DNA of 57,166 nt, the filler included, from Isurus oxyrinchus (lineage: Eukaryota): the NCBI GenBank assembly GCA_026770705.1. It is 2 parts of 2 records of this genome, joined end to end, with 100 filler letters (N's around TTAATTAATTAA, not from the genome) between each part and the next. Parts side by side here need not be neighbours in the genome. Positions count along the whole stretch, not along the records: positions 1 to 25,723 come from JANJGN010000323.1; positions 25,824 to 57,166 come from JANJGN010000002.1. The stretch is one strand, 5' to 3'. Below are positions 24,507 through 38,149 of the stretch, one piece after another. Both the position numbers and the translations under genes were made by a program. Position 1 is the first letter of the stretch. Every line of letters begins with the position of its first letter. The notes below the pieces were generated by a model. It did not search any database. It saw nothing but the letters and a program-made list of their open reading frames with translations, and was not told the DNA's origin.

Positions 24507-25723
24507 GTGTGAAACAGGGAGCGGGGCTGTGGGGTGTGTGCAGCCAACATGGCCAAATAGTAATGAACACAAATATGATGTTGCTCAACTTTTTTTATTG
24601 ATTCTGAGTGAGCTTTCTGAATGCTGCACCTTTTTCCATGCTGTAAAAGATTGTGAGAAGCTTATGTATTATGTATAATTTTACTTCTGTTAATACAAGG
24701 TGAGGTGAGAGTGACTGCCTTTGACATCAAGGCTGCATTTGACCGAGTGTGGCATCTAGGATCCCGAGCAAAACTGGAGTCAATGGGAATCAGGGGTGGT
24801 ACGAAATTATAATAATTTGCATAATATTTTCCTGGTTTGTTGTAAACTAGGTTTATGGGTGTGAGTGTAGATGGGTCTGTCTGTGTGGTTTAATTACATC
24901 TGGAGTCAGGTAGACTGCAAGTTTGAGATTATCAGAAGAAGCTAGGTGTAGAAATGTACTTGAAATGCTAATGAGTGAACATAGAGGCTTTCTTTGCATG
25001 TGAGGTGAGAAAGGGAATTTGCATTTTTAGATAAGTGACGTGATTGTTTGGATTTCAAAGGGCTGTTGGTCTGTTTACAACGAGGCCGATATGCAAGGCA
25101 AAGGAGTGTGTTTATTTTTCCCACAGGTTATTGACAACATTGGCAACATGAAAGTTTTTATATTATGGGAAAAGTATAATTCCCAAGACATTTGGAACAA
25201 TGAAATTTACATATCAAAGAGAGAGAAACATCAACAAAGGAGAATGAAAGGCTATTTTGGGGACCATGTAAAATCTAACAAGAGTGTGTGAATCAGCCTT
25301 GAAGAAGCCTCCAGGCATTTGTCCATAGGTCTGTTATGTTCAGTGACTGTCGTTCGAGAAAGCCATTTGGAAATCCACTCTCAAGTGTGTTTTGTGTTAA
25401 CTTGCTGGTTTTGTTTTTAAATCTGAAATCTATTTTGGTTTATTGCCTAAAAGGAGTTTTACTGCTCACTTCCAGACTTCCCAATGCCTGACCACCATCT
25501 TCAAGGTTAATTAGGAAGTTTAGGATTTGTTATAGTAGTAACCGTATCCTTATGTGTGCGCTTTAAATCTTAAATAAATATTAAAATTTAATTTTTAAGC
25601 TCTCTAAATGTCTTGGTTGACACATTACTCCTGAATTCAGTGCACACATCTCATAATAAATACAAATTGCAAAACCGTTGTGATAGTGTGACCAAGTTTC
25701 CCTTGTGGATTTGGTCCCCTGGC

Positions 25724-25823
25724 NNNNNNNNNNNNNNNNNNNNNNNNNNNNNNNNNNNNNNNNNNNNTTAATTAATTAANNNNNNNNNNNNNNNNNNNNN
25801 NNNNNNNNNNNNNNNNNNNNNNN
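25724..25823. other. 100-bp scaffold gap with artificial linker
   Basis: 44 N + TTAATTAATTAA + 44 N. Confidence 0.9.
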
Positions 25824-26965
25824 AAGGAGATAGGAAAGAAAATAGTTTTACAGCTAGGAATAACTTAAAATTAAAAAAAAAGGAATATTAATTCACACGA
25901 ATGTCAGAATCCAGAATGTCAGAATCCAGTGAGGGTTCCTTCACATAGGAATTAAGTTTCAGGTGGGTTCAACTAGCTGAATACAGGAGTTGATGAATTC
26001 CTTCGAAGATGGTGATGACAAAGTAAGATGAGGCTGGTACACAGAGACTTGACCCACTCTGTAGGAGATGGCAGGAGTTTCGGGAGAACCAAGCTTTGAG
26101 GATGTTTAGACTTGGGACAGGCTTTGCTTTCTGCCTGGAGTCCTGCTTTGGTGTTGAGGGGCTGGATGTTAACAGCAGACAGCCCTGTGAGTCCAGGAAT
26201 GTATCATTAAAACTTTTCAAAGGCCAAAGGATATTAAGTGATGTGGTGTTACACTTTGATGAGTCAGTTTCAGGTTACCAAGCAGTTTCTATGTCTCTGG
26301 TCAAAATTCATTGTTCACCTTAGGAGATAGATGGTTGCTTTTTTAAAAATTCATTCAATGGGATGTGGACATCATTGGCTCAGCCAGCATTTGGTGCCCA
26401 CCCCCAATTGCCCTTGTTCAGAGGTCATTTAAGAGTCAACCACATTGCTGTGGGTCTGGAGTCACATGTAGGCCAGATCAGGTAAGGACAGCAGATTTCC
26501 TTCCCTAAAGGACATTAGTGACCCGGATGGGTTTTTATGACAATCTCTCACAGTCACCATTACACTTCGTAATTCCAGCTTTTTATTAGATTCAAATTCC
26601 ACCAGATTCGATCCCAGGTCCCCAGAGAATTACCCCTGGGTTTCCGGATTATTGGTCCAGTGACAATATCATTATGCCATCACCTCCCCAGTATAACATG
26701 TTTGATGACTCTCTCTTCATTGATTGTAATGGGCCCACACAATGACAGGTGTGAGATTCCACAAGGATCAGCACTGAGTTTTGTCCTGTAATTACTGTTG
26801 GAAGTTTTCAGAACTGTAGCCAACTTGTAAATCATGTGACCTTCAGCAGCCATGTTTTATTAAATAAGCAGAAAGTCAGGTTTTATTTAAACAGTTTATG
26901 ACCTCTTTCACGTCTTATGGACATGACACTTGTCACTTATTTAATGGGATAATGGGTTTGACTGA

Positions 26966-27535
26966 CAGTCTGTACATTAAAGGGGTATATTTGAGGGGGG
27001 TTGAATCAGTCCGTACCTTAAGGGGTGTATTTGAGGGGGGTTGAATTAGTCTGTACATTAAGGGGGTGTATTTGAGGGGGGTTGAATTAGTCTGTACATT
27101 AAAGGGGTATATTTGAGGGGGGTTGAATCAGTCTGTACATTAAGGGGTGTATTTGAGGGGGGTTGAATCAGTCTGTACATTAAGGGGGTGTATTTGAGGG
27201 GGGTTGAATCAGTCTGTACATTAAGGGGTATATTTGAGGGGGGTTGAATCAGTCTGTACATTAAGGGGTGTATTTGAGGGGGGTTGAATCAGTCTGTACA
27301 TTAAGGGGGTGTATTTGAGGGGGGTTGAATCAGTCTGTACATTAAGGGGGTGTATTTGAGGGGGGTTGAATCAGTCTATACATTAAGGGGGTGTATTTGA
27401 GGGGGGTTGAATCAGTCTGTACATTAAGGGGGTGTATTTGAGGGGGGTTGAATTAGTCTGTACATTAAGGGGTGTATTTGAGGGGGGTTGAATCAGTCTG
27501 TACATTAAGGGGTGTATTTGAGGGGGGGGTTGAAT
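26966..27535 (+). repeat. ~40-41-bp G-rich minisatellite, about 14 copies
   Basis: Unit CAGTCTGTACATTAAGGGG(G)TGTATTTGAGGGGGGTTGAAT. Confidence 0.95.
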
Positions 27536-27599
27536 GGCTGCTGACAGTTTTTTGAAGTTGTTGAACTTACAACAAAGACAGAAAATTCTTGAAAAGCTC

Positions 27600-28320
27600 A
27601 GTAGGCAGAATATTGCCATCGGCATGCGGGTGTGGGCCTGACACGCCAACATCTAAAATGATGCGAGATGACATCCAGCATGTGTGTCCCGACATCATCG
27701 CGCATCATTTAGGTATTTCGTTCGGCGGGCGCGCCCCACAGTCAGCTGTGGACCCGCCAAACTGTCAACGGCCTATTAAGGCCATTAAAAGAGTAATTGA
27801 CCTTATTAACAACGCTGCCCGTCCAACCTTAAGGCTGGCAGCAGGGGAGGAGCCCAAGCGACCTTCGTGTTTTTCAGGAAACCTCATCCACGGGCGAGAT
27901 GAGGTTTCCTGAAGGTTGTGTAAAATGATTAAATACATTTTGCTAAATTCACAAGCATGCCCCAGATCATGTGACACTGTCACCTGAGGGGACATGTTTA
28001 AATAATTTTTACTTTATTTAAAGAAAACGTTTTATTATCAACTTAATTTGCCCGAGGCAGCTCTGTGCCTCGGGGAGATGCCTGCGCTGTCCCGCGTGCA
28101 GGCCCTGACTCTCCGCCCCCCCCCCCCACCCCCACCCCCACCACCACCCCCAGCCCAGCCCGCACAGGTAGCGCTGAGTGCATACTGGCTGCGCGTTACA
28201 CTGGGTGGGCCTTGATTGGCCCGCCCGCGTAAAATGGCGGCACACAGCCGATTGTGAGCGGCGACCAGCTCCGCACCCACTCCCGACCAGCCCACCCGCC
28301 AAAGGAAAACTTCACCCCAA
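27600..28320. mobile_element. GC/CpG-rich interspersed repeat, possibly a non-autonomous DNA element
   Basis: Abrupt CpG-rich block with loosely inverted ends (GGCAGAATATT...AAAACTTCACCCC); no coding similarity recognised. Confidence 0.35.
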
Positions 28321-29676
28321 CAGGTCTAAGCAACATCTGTGGAGGATGAAAGAGAGTTAACGTTTCGTAGCCCCCAATGATCCTTCTTCAGAAGCTAGAA
28401 AGCAATGAAGGTGAACAGGGCAGCTCTGAAGAAGGGTCACAGGGACTCGAAATGTTAGGTCTGTTTCTCTCTCCACAGATACTGCTCAACCTGCTGAGAT
28501 TTTCCAGCGTTTTCTACTTGTGCCTCAGGTTTCCAGCAACCGCAGTACTTTGCTTTTAATCTTGTTGAATTTACAACTTTGTAATCCAGAGGTGGACTCT
28601 GCCAACACGAAAGACAATCTTCTATAATCAATAGCATTTAACTTACTACATTAAAACACTTCCATTACCTCACAAACAAAAAAAAAATCACTTTAAAGCT
28701 CTGGATCTGTTATGACATAAAACCCTGTAGCTATTCTATGCCAATGACGTTCCCTGAAGATTAATCGGTTGAATGACAGTTCATGTGTTGTGTGATAGTT
28801 TTAATTGATGAATGAATGATAGTCAGGAGACTGAGAGCACGTCCTGTTCATTTTAAAATGGTGCTGTGGGATGTTTAATATTGAACTGAATCAGCATATT
28901 GGACAGCTGTGGACTCAGTGTAACAACTCATTGGAATGATGACACCATGCAATCTTCTCCCTGTAGTTCACCACAGTTTCAGCTTTGACTGGGGCTCAAG
29001 CGCCTGAAATGGGATTTGAAGCCACAGCTCTCTGGCCGAATTGAGCCAAGCTGACACATTAATATGTCACTGCTGCTCTAGAACCTGAGCCTGTTCTCTC
29101 ACCATTTCCCATCTGTTTGATAGTCGGAAAGTAGCGAGGAACATTCTCCTGCTTTCTCAATCTGCAGCGCAAAGGGAGAGGCTCTCTCCAAGAAATGCGA
29201 TTGTGGAAACTATTCGGAGGATTTGCCTTCACAGAGCGATAGCTGCAAGCTGAGCTGATTGGGGCTGAAAAGGAGAAGCAGTATTTTCTGCATCAAAGTG
29301 GAACTTCACTGTCCCTGCGGTAATCTGATGATTCAAGGGTAATTGCAGAGTGTGCTTGCAACACTGCCTTTCCTGTAGAGCTGGACTGGGAAAAATAAAC
29401 TCACATTCACTGACAGAGCAACGTTCCATAAGCACCAGCAAAGACTCACCAAAATAAACAGCCTAACTCTGATGAATGACTTTGAACTTCTGTAACGTTT
29501 ATAAATTTAACAAAAATCAAGCTATAGAAGCAGATCACTGCTTGTTTGTCCACACAACCACCTCTCTCTCTCTCTCTCTCTCTCTCTCCGCCCCCCCACA
29601 CACACACCTTAAACCAGCTTATCTTTCAACTCTTTCTTGGACTCGAAATCAAGTTCTGTCGAAGGGTCATGAGGTC

Positions 29677-30093
29677 TATACTCGATGGAGTTTAGAAGGA
29701 TGAGGGGGGATCTGATTGAAACTTAGAGAATACTGAAAGGCCTGGATAGAGTGGACGTGGGGAAGATGTTTCCATTAGTAGGAGAGACTAGGACCCGAGG
29801 CACAGCCTCAGAGTAAAGGGAAGACCTTTTAGAACAGAGATGAGGAGAATCTAGCCAGAGAGAGGTGAATCTATGGAATTCATTGCCACAGAAGGCTGTG
29901 GGGGCCAGGTCATTGAGTGTACTAGTGTATTTAAGACCGAGATAGATAGGTTCTTGTTTGGTAAGGGGATCAAAGGTTCCGGGGAGAAGGCAAGAGAATG
30001 GGGTTGAGAAACTTATCAGCCATGATTGAATGGCGGAGCAGACTCGATGGGCCGAATGGCCTAATTTCTGCTCCTATGTCTTATGGTCTTATG
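29677..30093 (+). mobile_element. CR1 LINE 3' end
   Basis: RRMRGDLIET-type RT C-terminus, 3' UTR and TCTTATGG tail. Confidence 0.85.
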
Positions 30094-30094
30094 G

Positions 30095-31497
30095 ATAGAT
30101 GGTGAAATAGAGAGTTTGTGAAGAATTTTGTGCAATGTCAGCAACTTCAAAAGTTATCTTCAACAGCTCCATTAACCCTTGCGAATGGCCAGGAAGACCA
30201 TGGGTGTGGTTATAGATTGACAATGTTGAACTTTTCTTGGGAACAATGTTTCTGTTCATTGTTGATGCCCACTCAAATGGATGGATGTGTATGATGGTGA
30301 AGTCACCAACATCAACTGCTACAATTGAGAAGCTTTGTCAAAGCTTTGTCATTAACGGACTACCAGAAGTGGTCATTTCTGATAATGGCACGGCATTTAC
30401 GAGTGCTGAGTTTCACAGTTTATCAGCCTCAACAGTATCACTCATGTAAATACTTCACTCTACCACCCTGCCTCAAATGGACTGACCGATAGGACAGTTC
30501 AAACATTCAAGGCTTGCATGAAGAAATTAAATGAAGATTCCTTAACAACCAATCTAGCACACTTTCTTTTCCATCATAGGACCACCCCACACACAACAAG
30601 AGGTGACAACCTACGGAATTATTGATGAAACACCATCTCAGGACAAGGTTGAGCTTAATAATGCCAAATTTAGGGGGGAAGGAGTAAAGGAGTCAGCAAA
30701 GTCAGAAAACTGGACCCAACTGGCATAGTCGCGAGAGGAAATTTACCGGGGGAGAAACGACATATGTGAAGAACTTTGGAGAAGGACCAAAGTGGTCTTC
30801 AGGTGAAATAAGTGCAGTGACTGGACCGTGTGGAGGTCCAAGGCTGAGTCATATGGAGACATGTGGATCATCTCAGGAAGAGACAAACTATGCACCAAGG
30901 GATGACTCCACCAGTGTTCACGACAAGCTCAGCGTTTCCTGTTGAGAGAATGCAACCTAGTACAGATGTGTCTGAAGTATCTGTTGTTCCTTCAAGAGTG
31001 GAGGATACAGATCTGCAGGAGCCCACTGAAGCAGCTGATGTTCAGACAACACCAGGAAATGAGGTTCCTGGCAAGACATCTGAAGTTGTAGAGCTGAGAC
31101 ACTCTACAGGCATAAAGAAACCCCCATAAAGACTGAATTTGTAAATTACTTACCAGTATAAGTATTTTACTGTTTTGAGAAAATTGTATATGTAAATATA
31201 AAATGTATTTCTGAGTAAACGGGAAGGGATGTGGTAAACTGATGTGTAATTTACTTTTAAGAAGAATGTTATAATGAAAGATCACATGATCCTAGTATCC
31301 AATAGCTCCCTCTGTATATAGTAGTCTGTAGTCAGTAGTTAGTAGTTAGTAGCAGCAGTAGTGCAGAGATAGAGTTTGAAGTGTTAGCACACGCTTAGTT
31401 GCTGCTGAGTACCTTTGTAAAGTAACACACAGTTCCTACCAATGAAGTGTCTGCTACTCAACTCTATCATTAGCACCAAATTGGTCACCCTTACAAC
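30095..31497 (+). mobile_element. Gypsy integrase fragment with PPT and 3' LTR
   Basis: FLFIVDAHS, GLPEVVISDNGTAFTSAEF; purine tract GGGAAGGGA followed by TGTGGT at ~31230. Confidence 0.8.
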
Positions 31498-32439
31498 AAG
31501 AGTGTGAACAGGATCCAACAAACTGGTGACTAGGATCCAATAAATTTCAAAAGCAATATTGAAGCTTTATACTTCCAGCAGGAATTTGTTGTGGAATCGT
31601 AGAGTGTTTTGGTATGTGATATGCTATCTGTACTGACACTATCCAAATCCATCAGAAACATTGCGAACAGATAAATGTTCGTGTTTGATTTACAACTGAA
31701 CTTCTGACTGCATATCGACACTCTCATTAAGACTGACTATTTCCAACTCTTTGACATTGCCCAACTCTAAATTTGCCTCAGCTCACCTGCTGAGACTCTG
31801 ATCCATACCTTCGTTACCTCCAAACTTAACTATTCCAACACACTCCAGGTTCGTCTCTCACATTCAACCCTCCGTAAACTTAAGGTATTCCAGGACTCTG
31901 CTGCCATGTTCTTACTGAAACGAATCCTGCTCACCAATCACTCCTGTGTTCACTGATCAAAATTGGTTCCCAAGTCAAGCATTTCCTCGATTTTAAAGTT
32001 TTCATCCCTGATTTCATGTGTCGCCTGTTCCTATCTTTGTAATCTCCTCCAGCACCAAGACCCTCTGAGATATCTGCGCTGATCTAATCCTGATTTCTTG
32101 AGCATTCCCGATTTTATATTCCCCCACCATTTTTAACTGTATGTTAATTGTGTTTGTAAGTAGTGGACATTAACTAGGGCGTCACTTGAGCACATACAGA
32201 GATGCTTATTGAAACTGTGGTGTGTTTGAGTTAGGAGGTTCATGCTTGCAATGTTTAACTCTGTAAATAAATATAAGATGGAGAAAGATTGTCTCCAGTG
32301 CTATCCTTCCCCTTCTGGCTCCTTGGATTAAAGTATCACTGGCTGTGCCATTTGCCTGATCGCTAAACTCTGGAATTCAGTCTCTAAACCTCTGCATCAC
32401 CCTACCTTTCTTTGCTTCTTTAAGCGCTTTCTTAAAATC

Positions 32440-33080
32440 TAATTAACGGGCAGTTAATTGGTTTCAGTAACATTGCTCGAGGAATAGTCAGTGAATGGCT
32501 GGACTGCGGCAAGAAGCAAAAAGTGAAATCTTCTCACAAAGATAGGGGGCATGACTGAGGCAATAAATGTGCGCTTTGTGTTAATCTTCACTGAAGAAGT
32601 GGATAATGCTAATGTAACAGTAACGGACGAGTGAGAAGAGAAATTGGGTTGCGGTTAATTAAATGAGGAGGAGGTAATTAAAAGACTGACTGAACTCGAA
32701 GGAGAAAAGTCACCAGGTCCAGATGGATGACATTGTAGGTTGCTGAGGGAAGTGAGGGTGGAAATGCCGGGAGCTCTGACCCCAATCTCCCAATATTCCT
32801 CATTTACGGAACTGGTGCCAGAAGTTGGAGAATTTTGAACGTTACACCCTTATTGAAAAAGGGCGAGGGAGATAAAGCAAGTAGATCCAGGTCAGGCACC
32901 CAATGATGATAATGGGAAAACTTCTAGAACAATAACCCAGCACAGAATTCATTATCACACGGATAGACATGGGTTCATAATAACAGCCAGAGTAGGTTAT
33001 TAAAGACAAATTGTGTCTGACAGCTTGTTTGAGTTCTTCAGTGAAATGACAGACAGGGTTGATGAGCATATGAATCACCT
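32440..33080 (+). mobile_element. Old CR1 ORF2 fragment
   Basis: Degenerate KSPGPDG and NVTPLLKKG coding motifs. Confidence 0.6.
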
Positions 33081-33289
33081 TGTGTGTGCTAAGTACTTCG
33101 TTGAATGAGTTCCACTCTTTTTCTATCAATTTATTTATGGAACACTCTTGCAGTTTGAAATTTTCAGCTTTCGATTCTTTGAAGTCAGCCTCACTTAAAT
33201 TGAATGTGTTGGTTTGTGTATGATCTTTCTCAGTCTGAAATGTGTTCAATTCTATCATCTTACGATCACTGTTTGCAAGCTGCTCCTTT

Positions 33290-33732
33290 GGTGTCTGTTG
33301 TAGTTCAGTTGGTTGAACACTTGCCTGAAAGTCACAAGGTCTAGTTTTAAATCCCACTCCAGGACTTGCTTACAAAAATCAGGACTAACACTCCAGTGTA
33401 GTACTGTGGAAGTGCTGCGCTGTTGGAGGTGCTGTCCTTTAGATGAGACACTAACCTGAAGCCTTGCCGATATGCTCTGGTGGACATAAAGGATTCCATG
33501 ACACCACTTTGAAGAAGGGCAGGTGAGTTCTCCCTGGGGTCCTGGTTAATATTTATCCCCCAGTCAACATCACAAAACAGATGATGTGGTCATTATCACA
33601 TTTCTGTTGCAAGAGTTTCCTGTTTCCTACATTAAAACAGTGACTACACTTCATTGGTATGTCATTGGCTGGAAAGCACTTTGAGATGTCCAGTAGTTGT
33701 GAAAAGCACAATATAAACGCAGGGCTTTCTTT
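33290..33732 (+). mobile_element. tRNA-derived Deu-domain SINE (SacSINE1-like)
   Basis: tRNA-like head (TAGTTCAGTTGG...TTAAATCCC) followed by CAGTGTAGTACTGTGGAAGTGCTGCGCTGTTGGAGGTGCTGTCCTTTAGATGAGAC; family assigned from recall. Confidence 0.65.
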
Positions 33733-33809
33733 CACTACCAGATTACTAATAAATTCTGGTTCATTGCTTATTCCTAAATCTAATATGTCCGTTGATGCTT
33801 CTAAAATAT

Positions 33810-35035
33810 CACAGAATCACAGTGCAGAAGATGTCCTTTGGCCCATCGAGTCTGCACCGACACATGAGAAACACCTGACCTACCTACCTAATCCCATTTA
33901 CCAGCACTTGGCCCATAGCCTTGAATGTTATGATGTGCCAAGTGCTCATCCAGGTACTTTTTAAAGGATGTGAGGCAACCCACCTCCACCACCCTCCCAG
34001 GCAGTGCATTCCAGACCCTCACCACCCTCTGGGTAAAAAAGTTTTTCCTCACATCCCCCCCTAAACCTCCTGCCCCTCACCTTGAACTTATGTCCCCTTG
34101 TGACTGACCCTTCAACTAAGGGGAACAGCTGCTCCCTATCCACCCTGTCCATGACTCTCATAATCTTGTACACCTCGATCAGGTCGCCCCTCAGTCTTCT
34201 CTGCTCCAACAAAAAAAACCCAAGTCTATCCAACTTCTCTTCATAATTTAAATGTTTCATCCCAGGCAACATCCTGAATCTCCTCTGCACCCCCTCCAAT
34301 GCAATCACATCCTTCCTACAATGTGGCAACCAGAACTGCACACAGTACTCCAGCTATGGCCTCACCAAGGTTCTATACAACTCCAATATCACCTCCCTAC
34401 TTTTGTAATCTATGCCTCGATTGATAAAGGCAAGTGTCCTATATGCCTTTTTCACCACCCCACCAACATGCCCCTCTGCCTTCAGAGATCTATGGATACA
34501 CACACGCCAAGGTCCCTTTGTTCCTCAGAACTTCCTAGTGCCATGCTGTTCATTGAATACTTCCTTGTCAAATTACTTCCTCACACTTTTCAGGGTTAAA
34601 ATCCATCTGCCATTTATCTGCCCATTTGACCATCCCGTCTATATCTTCCTGTAGCCCAAGACATTCAACCTCACTGTTAACCACCCGGCCAATCTTTGTG
34701 TCATCCGCAAACTTACTAATCCTACCCCCCACATAGTCATCTATGTCATTTATATAAATGACGAATAATAGGGAACTGAGCACAGATCCCTGTGGTACGC
34801 CACTGGACACTGGCTTCCAGTCACTAAAGCAGCCTTCTGTCATCACCCTCTGTCTCCTACAACTAAGCCAATTTTGAATCCACCTTATCAAATTACCCTG
34901 TATCCCATGTGCGTTTGTCTTCTTTATAAATCTCCCATTGGGACCTTGTCAGAGGCTTTGCTGAAATCCATATAAACTGCATCAACTGCACTACCCTCGT
35001 CTACACACCTGGTCACCTCCCCAAAAAATTCAATC
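33810..35035 (-). mobile_element. CR1 LINE RT fragment
   Basis: SGVPQGSVL..LFVIYIND..ISKFADDTK; LEQRRLRGDLIEVYKI. Confidence 0.92.
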
Positions 35036-35994
35036 ATGTTCAGAAAACTGTTCTATACAGAAATCCTGGCCATGGGGTCACACACCCAAGGAAATTTTGC
35101 TACTGATTGTGATAAGAAGCTCTCAGCAGCCTCACTAAATGCAGCGAGGCCTCAGATCAGATGGGAAACCAGAGCAAACCAGTGCAAAGCAGCAATCCAG
35201 ACTCGGTCTGAGAATCCACAAAGTCACCAGTACACCAGATCCTCAACACAACAGCAATTCCGGGTTGGACTGTCTAAGGTTTGTTCCTTTACCATTCAGT
35301 CATGATACCACAGGTTCACGTTTAATCATTCTCCCTTTGTCCTGAGAAGTTCAATGTATCTCAAACCAGCTCATTCTCTCTCTCTCTTAGAGCGGTCTGA
35401 CTTTGATCTTGCTTTGTTGCAAATGATCTAATTGTTTTCCTAAACCTTCAAGTCACCTCAGAACATCCTCCTTTACTGTTGATGCCTCACTCCACTACAG
35501 TAGCTCATTCTGTTAACAATCCTGCGTTAATTCACTTTGTGTTAAATGCTGGCTGGTGTCTCCTGGTTACAGATTTCTGAATCTATTTTGGTTAACCGTT
35601 GCCTAATCCATTTACCGTCAGTTTTGGTCTTTCTGCTTGTGTTATGTGTTAATTCAGCTTCTAATTACACAATTTGTACTTCTTTGTTAGGAAGCTGTTC
35701 TGCTATGTGAACATCTGTTCCCATTTTTGCCCTTACTGTTTCAATTCCTGAAATTCTGCTTCATTCTGTCTAAGGTTTCTTCTCTTTAGTTCAAAGGGTA
35801 TAACAGTCTAACAACAGTGCCCACCTAGAGTTCAGTTTGCAATGCTGCAAACCTTTCCATTAGCAGCCCCAGCTGTCCAAGCAAGGTTTGTCCAATGTTT
35901 TTACTTCATCCTTCTGTAGCTGGTGAAGTTGTTAATGAGTGCCGATTTTCCCTTATGCCGTGTGGATATTGCTGCAAGACCACAGAGGTGGTGA

Positions 35995-36215
35995 GCTGTG
36001 CAGCCATATAAATACAGTGGCTACAAGAACCGGTCAGAGGCTAGGAATCGTGCGACGAGTAACTCACCTCCTGACTCCCCAAAACCCGTCCACCATCTAC
36101 AAGGCACAAGTTAGGAGTGTGATGGAATACTCCCCACTTGCCTGGATGAGTGCAGCTCCAACGTTCAAGAATCTTGACACCATCCAGGACAAAGCAGCCG
36201 CTTGATTGGCACCAC
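35995..36215 (+). mobile_element. LINE RT fragment
   Basis: STIYKAQVRSVMEYSPLAWMSA. Confidence 0.75.
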
Positions 36216-36417
36216 ATCTTACCAGACCCTGAGGCGGTGGGGGGGTGGGGAGGGAGGGTGAAGATTGTGACAAACGTTTAGGACCTGGGGGCTGAGGGGG
36301 GCCGGCCTCCATGTTGTAAACAGAGATTCTCGTCATCCACACCGAGCAGCCAAAGCTTCAAACCTGATAGTCCAGCTCGAAAGAAACTAGAACCATCAGG
36401 CCGAGAGTTCTGATCTT

Positions 36418-36573
36418 TATAAAGCTGGTCTCTTGTCATGCTGCTGTTTCGGACCCTGAGCAGCTCTGTGGTTCTGACTGTTATGTTTTGAGAAGCCAGT
36501 CAGAAAACCATGAAACTGCCCAGAGGTTGGAAGCAGCAGCAACTGTCAGGAGAGAGTTCTTGGTTGAAAATCG
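36418..36573 (+). promoter_or_regulatory. Candidate promoter and first exon of the VJ-type receptor gene
   Basis: TATAAA at 36418, RUNX-type TGTGGTT at 36467, consensus donor G|GTAAGT at 36574; non-repeat sequence ~0.9 kb upstream of the leader. Confidence 0.35.
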
Positions 36574-37447
36574 GTAAGTGAAATACCTGTAATCTTAGAA
36601 CCAATCGGATGCTGTGTGTTTTTATTTTGGGGGGGGGGAGGGGGGGTGCAGATGGGGTGGGGGTGAAGCTGGATGTGGGGGTTCGGGAGGAGGTTGGAGG
36701 CGGTGTTGGGGAAAGGCTATGGGGGAGGCCGCAGGGAGAGTTTGGGGAGTTGGTTTGGGGGATGCTGGAGAGGGATAGTGATGGCAGGTTGGGGGTTGGA
36801 GGAGAGGGTTTGAGGGGCTTGTAGAGGAAGATTAAGTGAGTTGGGGAGAGGCTGTTTAGGGGTTGTGGGTGGGGGAGTTGCTGTTTGATTTTCTTATTTA
36901 TCATTACATTTTTTCACTTAATTTGCCTGTTTCTCTCAAACAACAATTAGAATTTAGAAATAAATATTATTTTCACATCTGTTTAGTACAGATGTTATGC
37001 AACATCGTATGGAACCTGTGGATAGACTGTAAACTCAGTGTACAATACAACAGTACAACAGCTGCAACAGCTGGTTGGTGCCAGAAAAGTCGGAACGGTA
37101 AGGTCGTGTTAGCTGCAGAGTTGAATTGTTTTTGTAAACATAGTGTTTTCTTTGTAGCCAACGTCATAACATCAGTTTATTGCTCTGTGATTTATTATCC
37201 TTAGAGACTCAGCTTTAGGCCTCTAATTTCAACATTGCTACAGTCATTCTGCTTACTGGTGTAATGAAAGTAAGACAAAAGCTACATTTATACAGCACCT
37301 TCCACCATCTTCCAAATTGTTTTACAGCCATTTCAGTACTTTTGAAATGGCCAGCTCTGTTTACATATGTCATTCTGGGTGGATGAGATGCACCGGGCTA
37401 GATGGCCTTTGTCATCCATAGCTAACTTGCGAACAGAGGGTGGAATC

Positions 37448-37490
37448 ATGGCTGGAGTTCTGTTTATTTTGTTGCTAATGTAAGTTTACT
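37448..37490 (+). CDS. Leader exon of the VJ-type receptor, with in-frame TAA
   Basis: Strong Kozak (ATCATGG); MAGVLFILLLM*VY with phase-1 donor T|GTGAGC; 43 nt as in Ig/TCR leaders; joined to V1 gives VYCTA-RPVLIQSP. Confidence 0.65.
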
Positions 37491-38149
37491 GTGAGCGGGC
37501 TTTGTGGGGTTAGATTGCCAGGACAGGATTGTGTAATAGGCTCATTGTGAATCAGTAACCTGTTTTATCCTGCACTTGATTCTTGAGAATCTTTTCCATT
37601 GACTTCAATCTTGTCCTTTTGTCTACTTACCTATCTTGGTGCTTGTTATGAGATTTTGAGGTATTGAACTATCCATGATAAAGCTGTGTTGCATTGCAGA
37701 TATTGAAAATGTATTGTAGTGAGAAGCAGCAATCAGTAGAGCCTTCAGACTTGCTGATGAAGAAAACCAGGGATACAATTGTGAACTTTATGGCCTTTGT
37801 CCTCTGGCCTCTTAAATGTGTCACATAGAGACACCTGAGGGATCCAATGCTTCTCACTGACAGTGACAGCCTATGGCATTCAATCATTCCATTTTGTTGC
37901 TCAGGAGTCATTTGATCTTTCTGTCATGTGAGATTACTGACAAAGCAGAATCCAATTATACCCCTTCTAAGAAATAATTATATTGAATAATATCATGCAC
38001 CCAGGCAGAAGAAAGTCTTCTCCTACTCCTACAGAATGGAAAAGACCTTGTGCAGTTTATCTGGGTTGAGGAGAAGAAGTAGTGTGACCAAAATTATAAT
38101 TCTCACACATATCCTGAAATGGCTAATCAATAAATTATGGTTTGATTTC

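Noticed and set aside
25768-25779. Palindromic TTAATTAATTAA motif
   Set aside because: Centred in exactly 44+44 N; an assembly linker rather than genomic sequence
26966-27535. CRISPR-like regular repeat
   Set aside because: Head-to-tail units without unique spacers, in a vertebrate context with no cas genes
36987-37097. Possible extra in-frame 5' exon of the VJ receptor
   Set aside because: AG/GT sites and an open frame exist, but the peptide has no recognisable features; not supportable without transcripts
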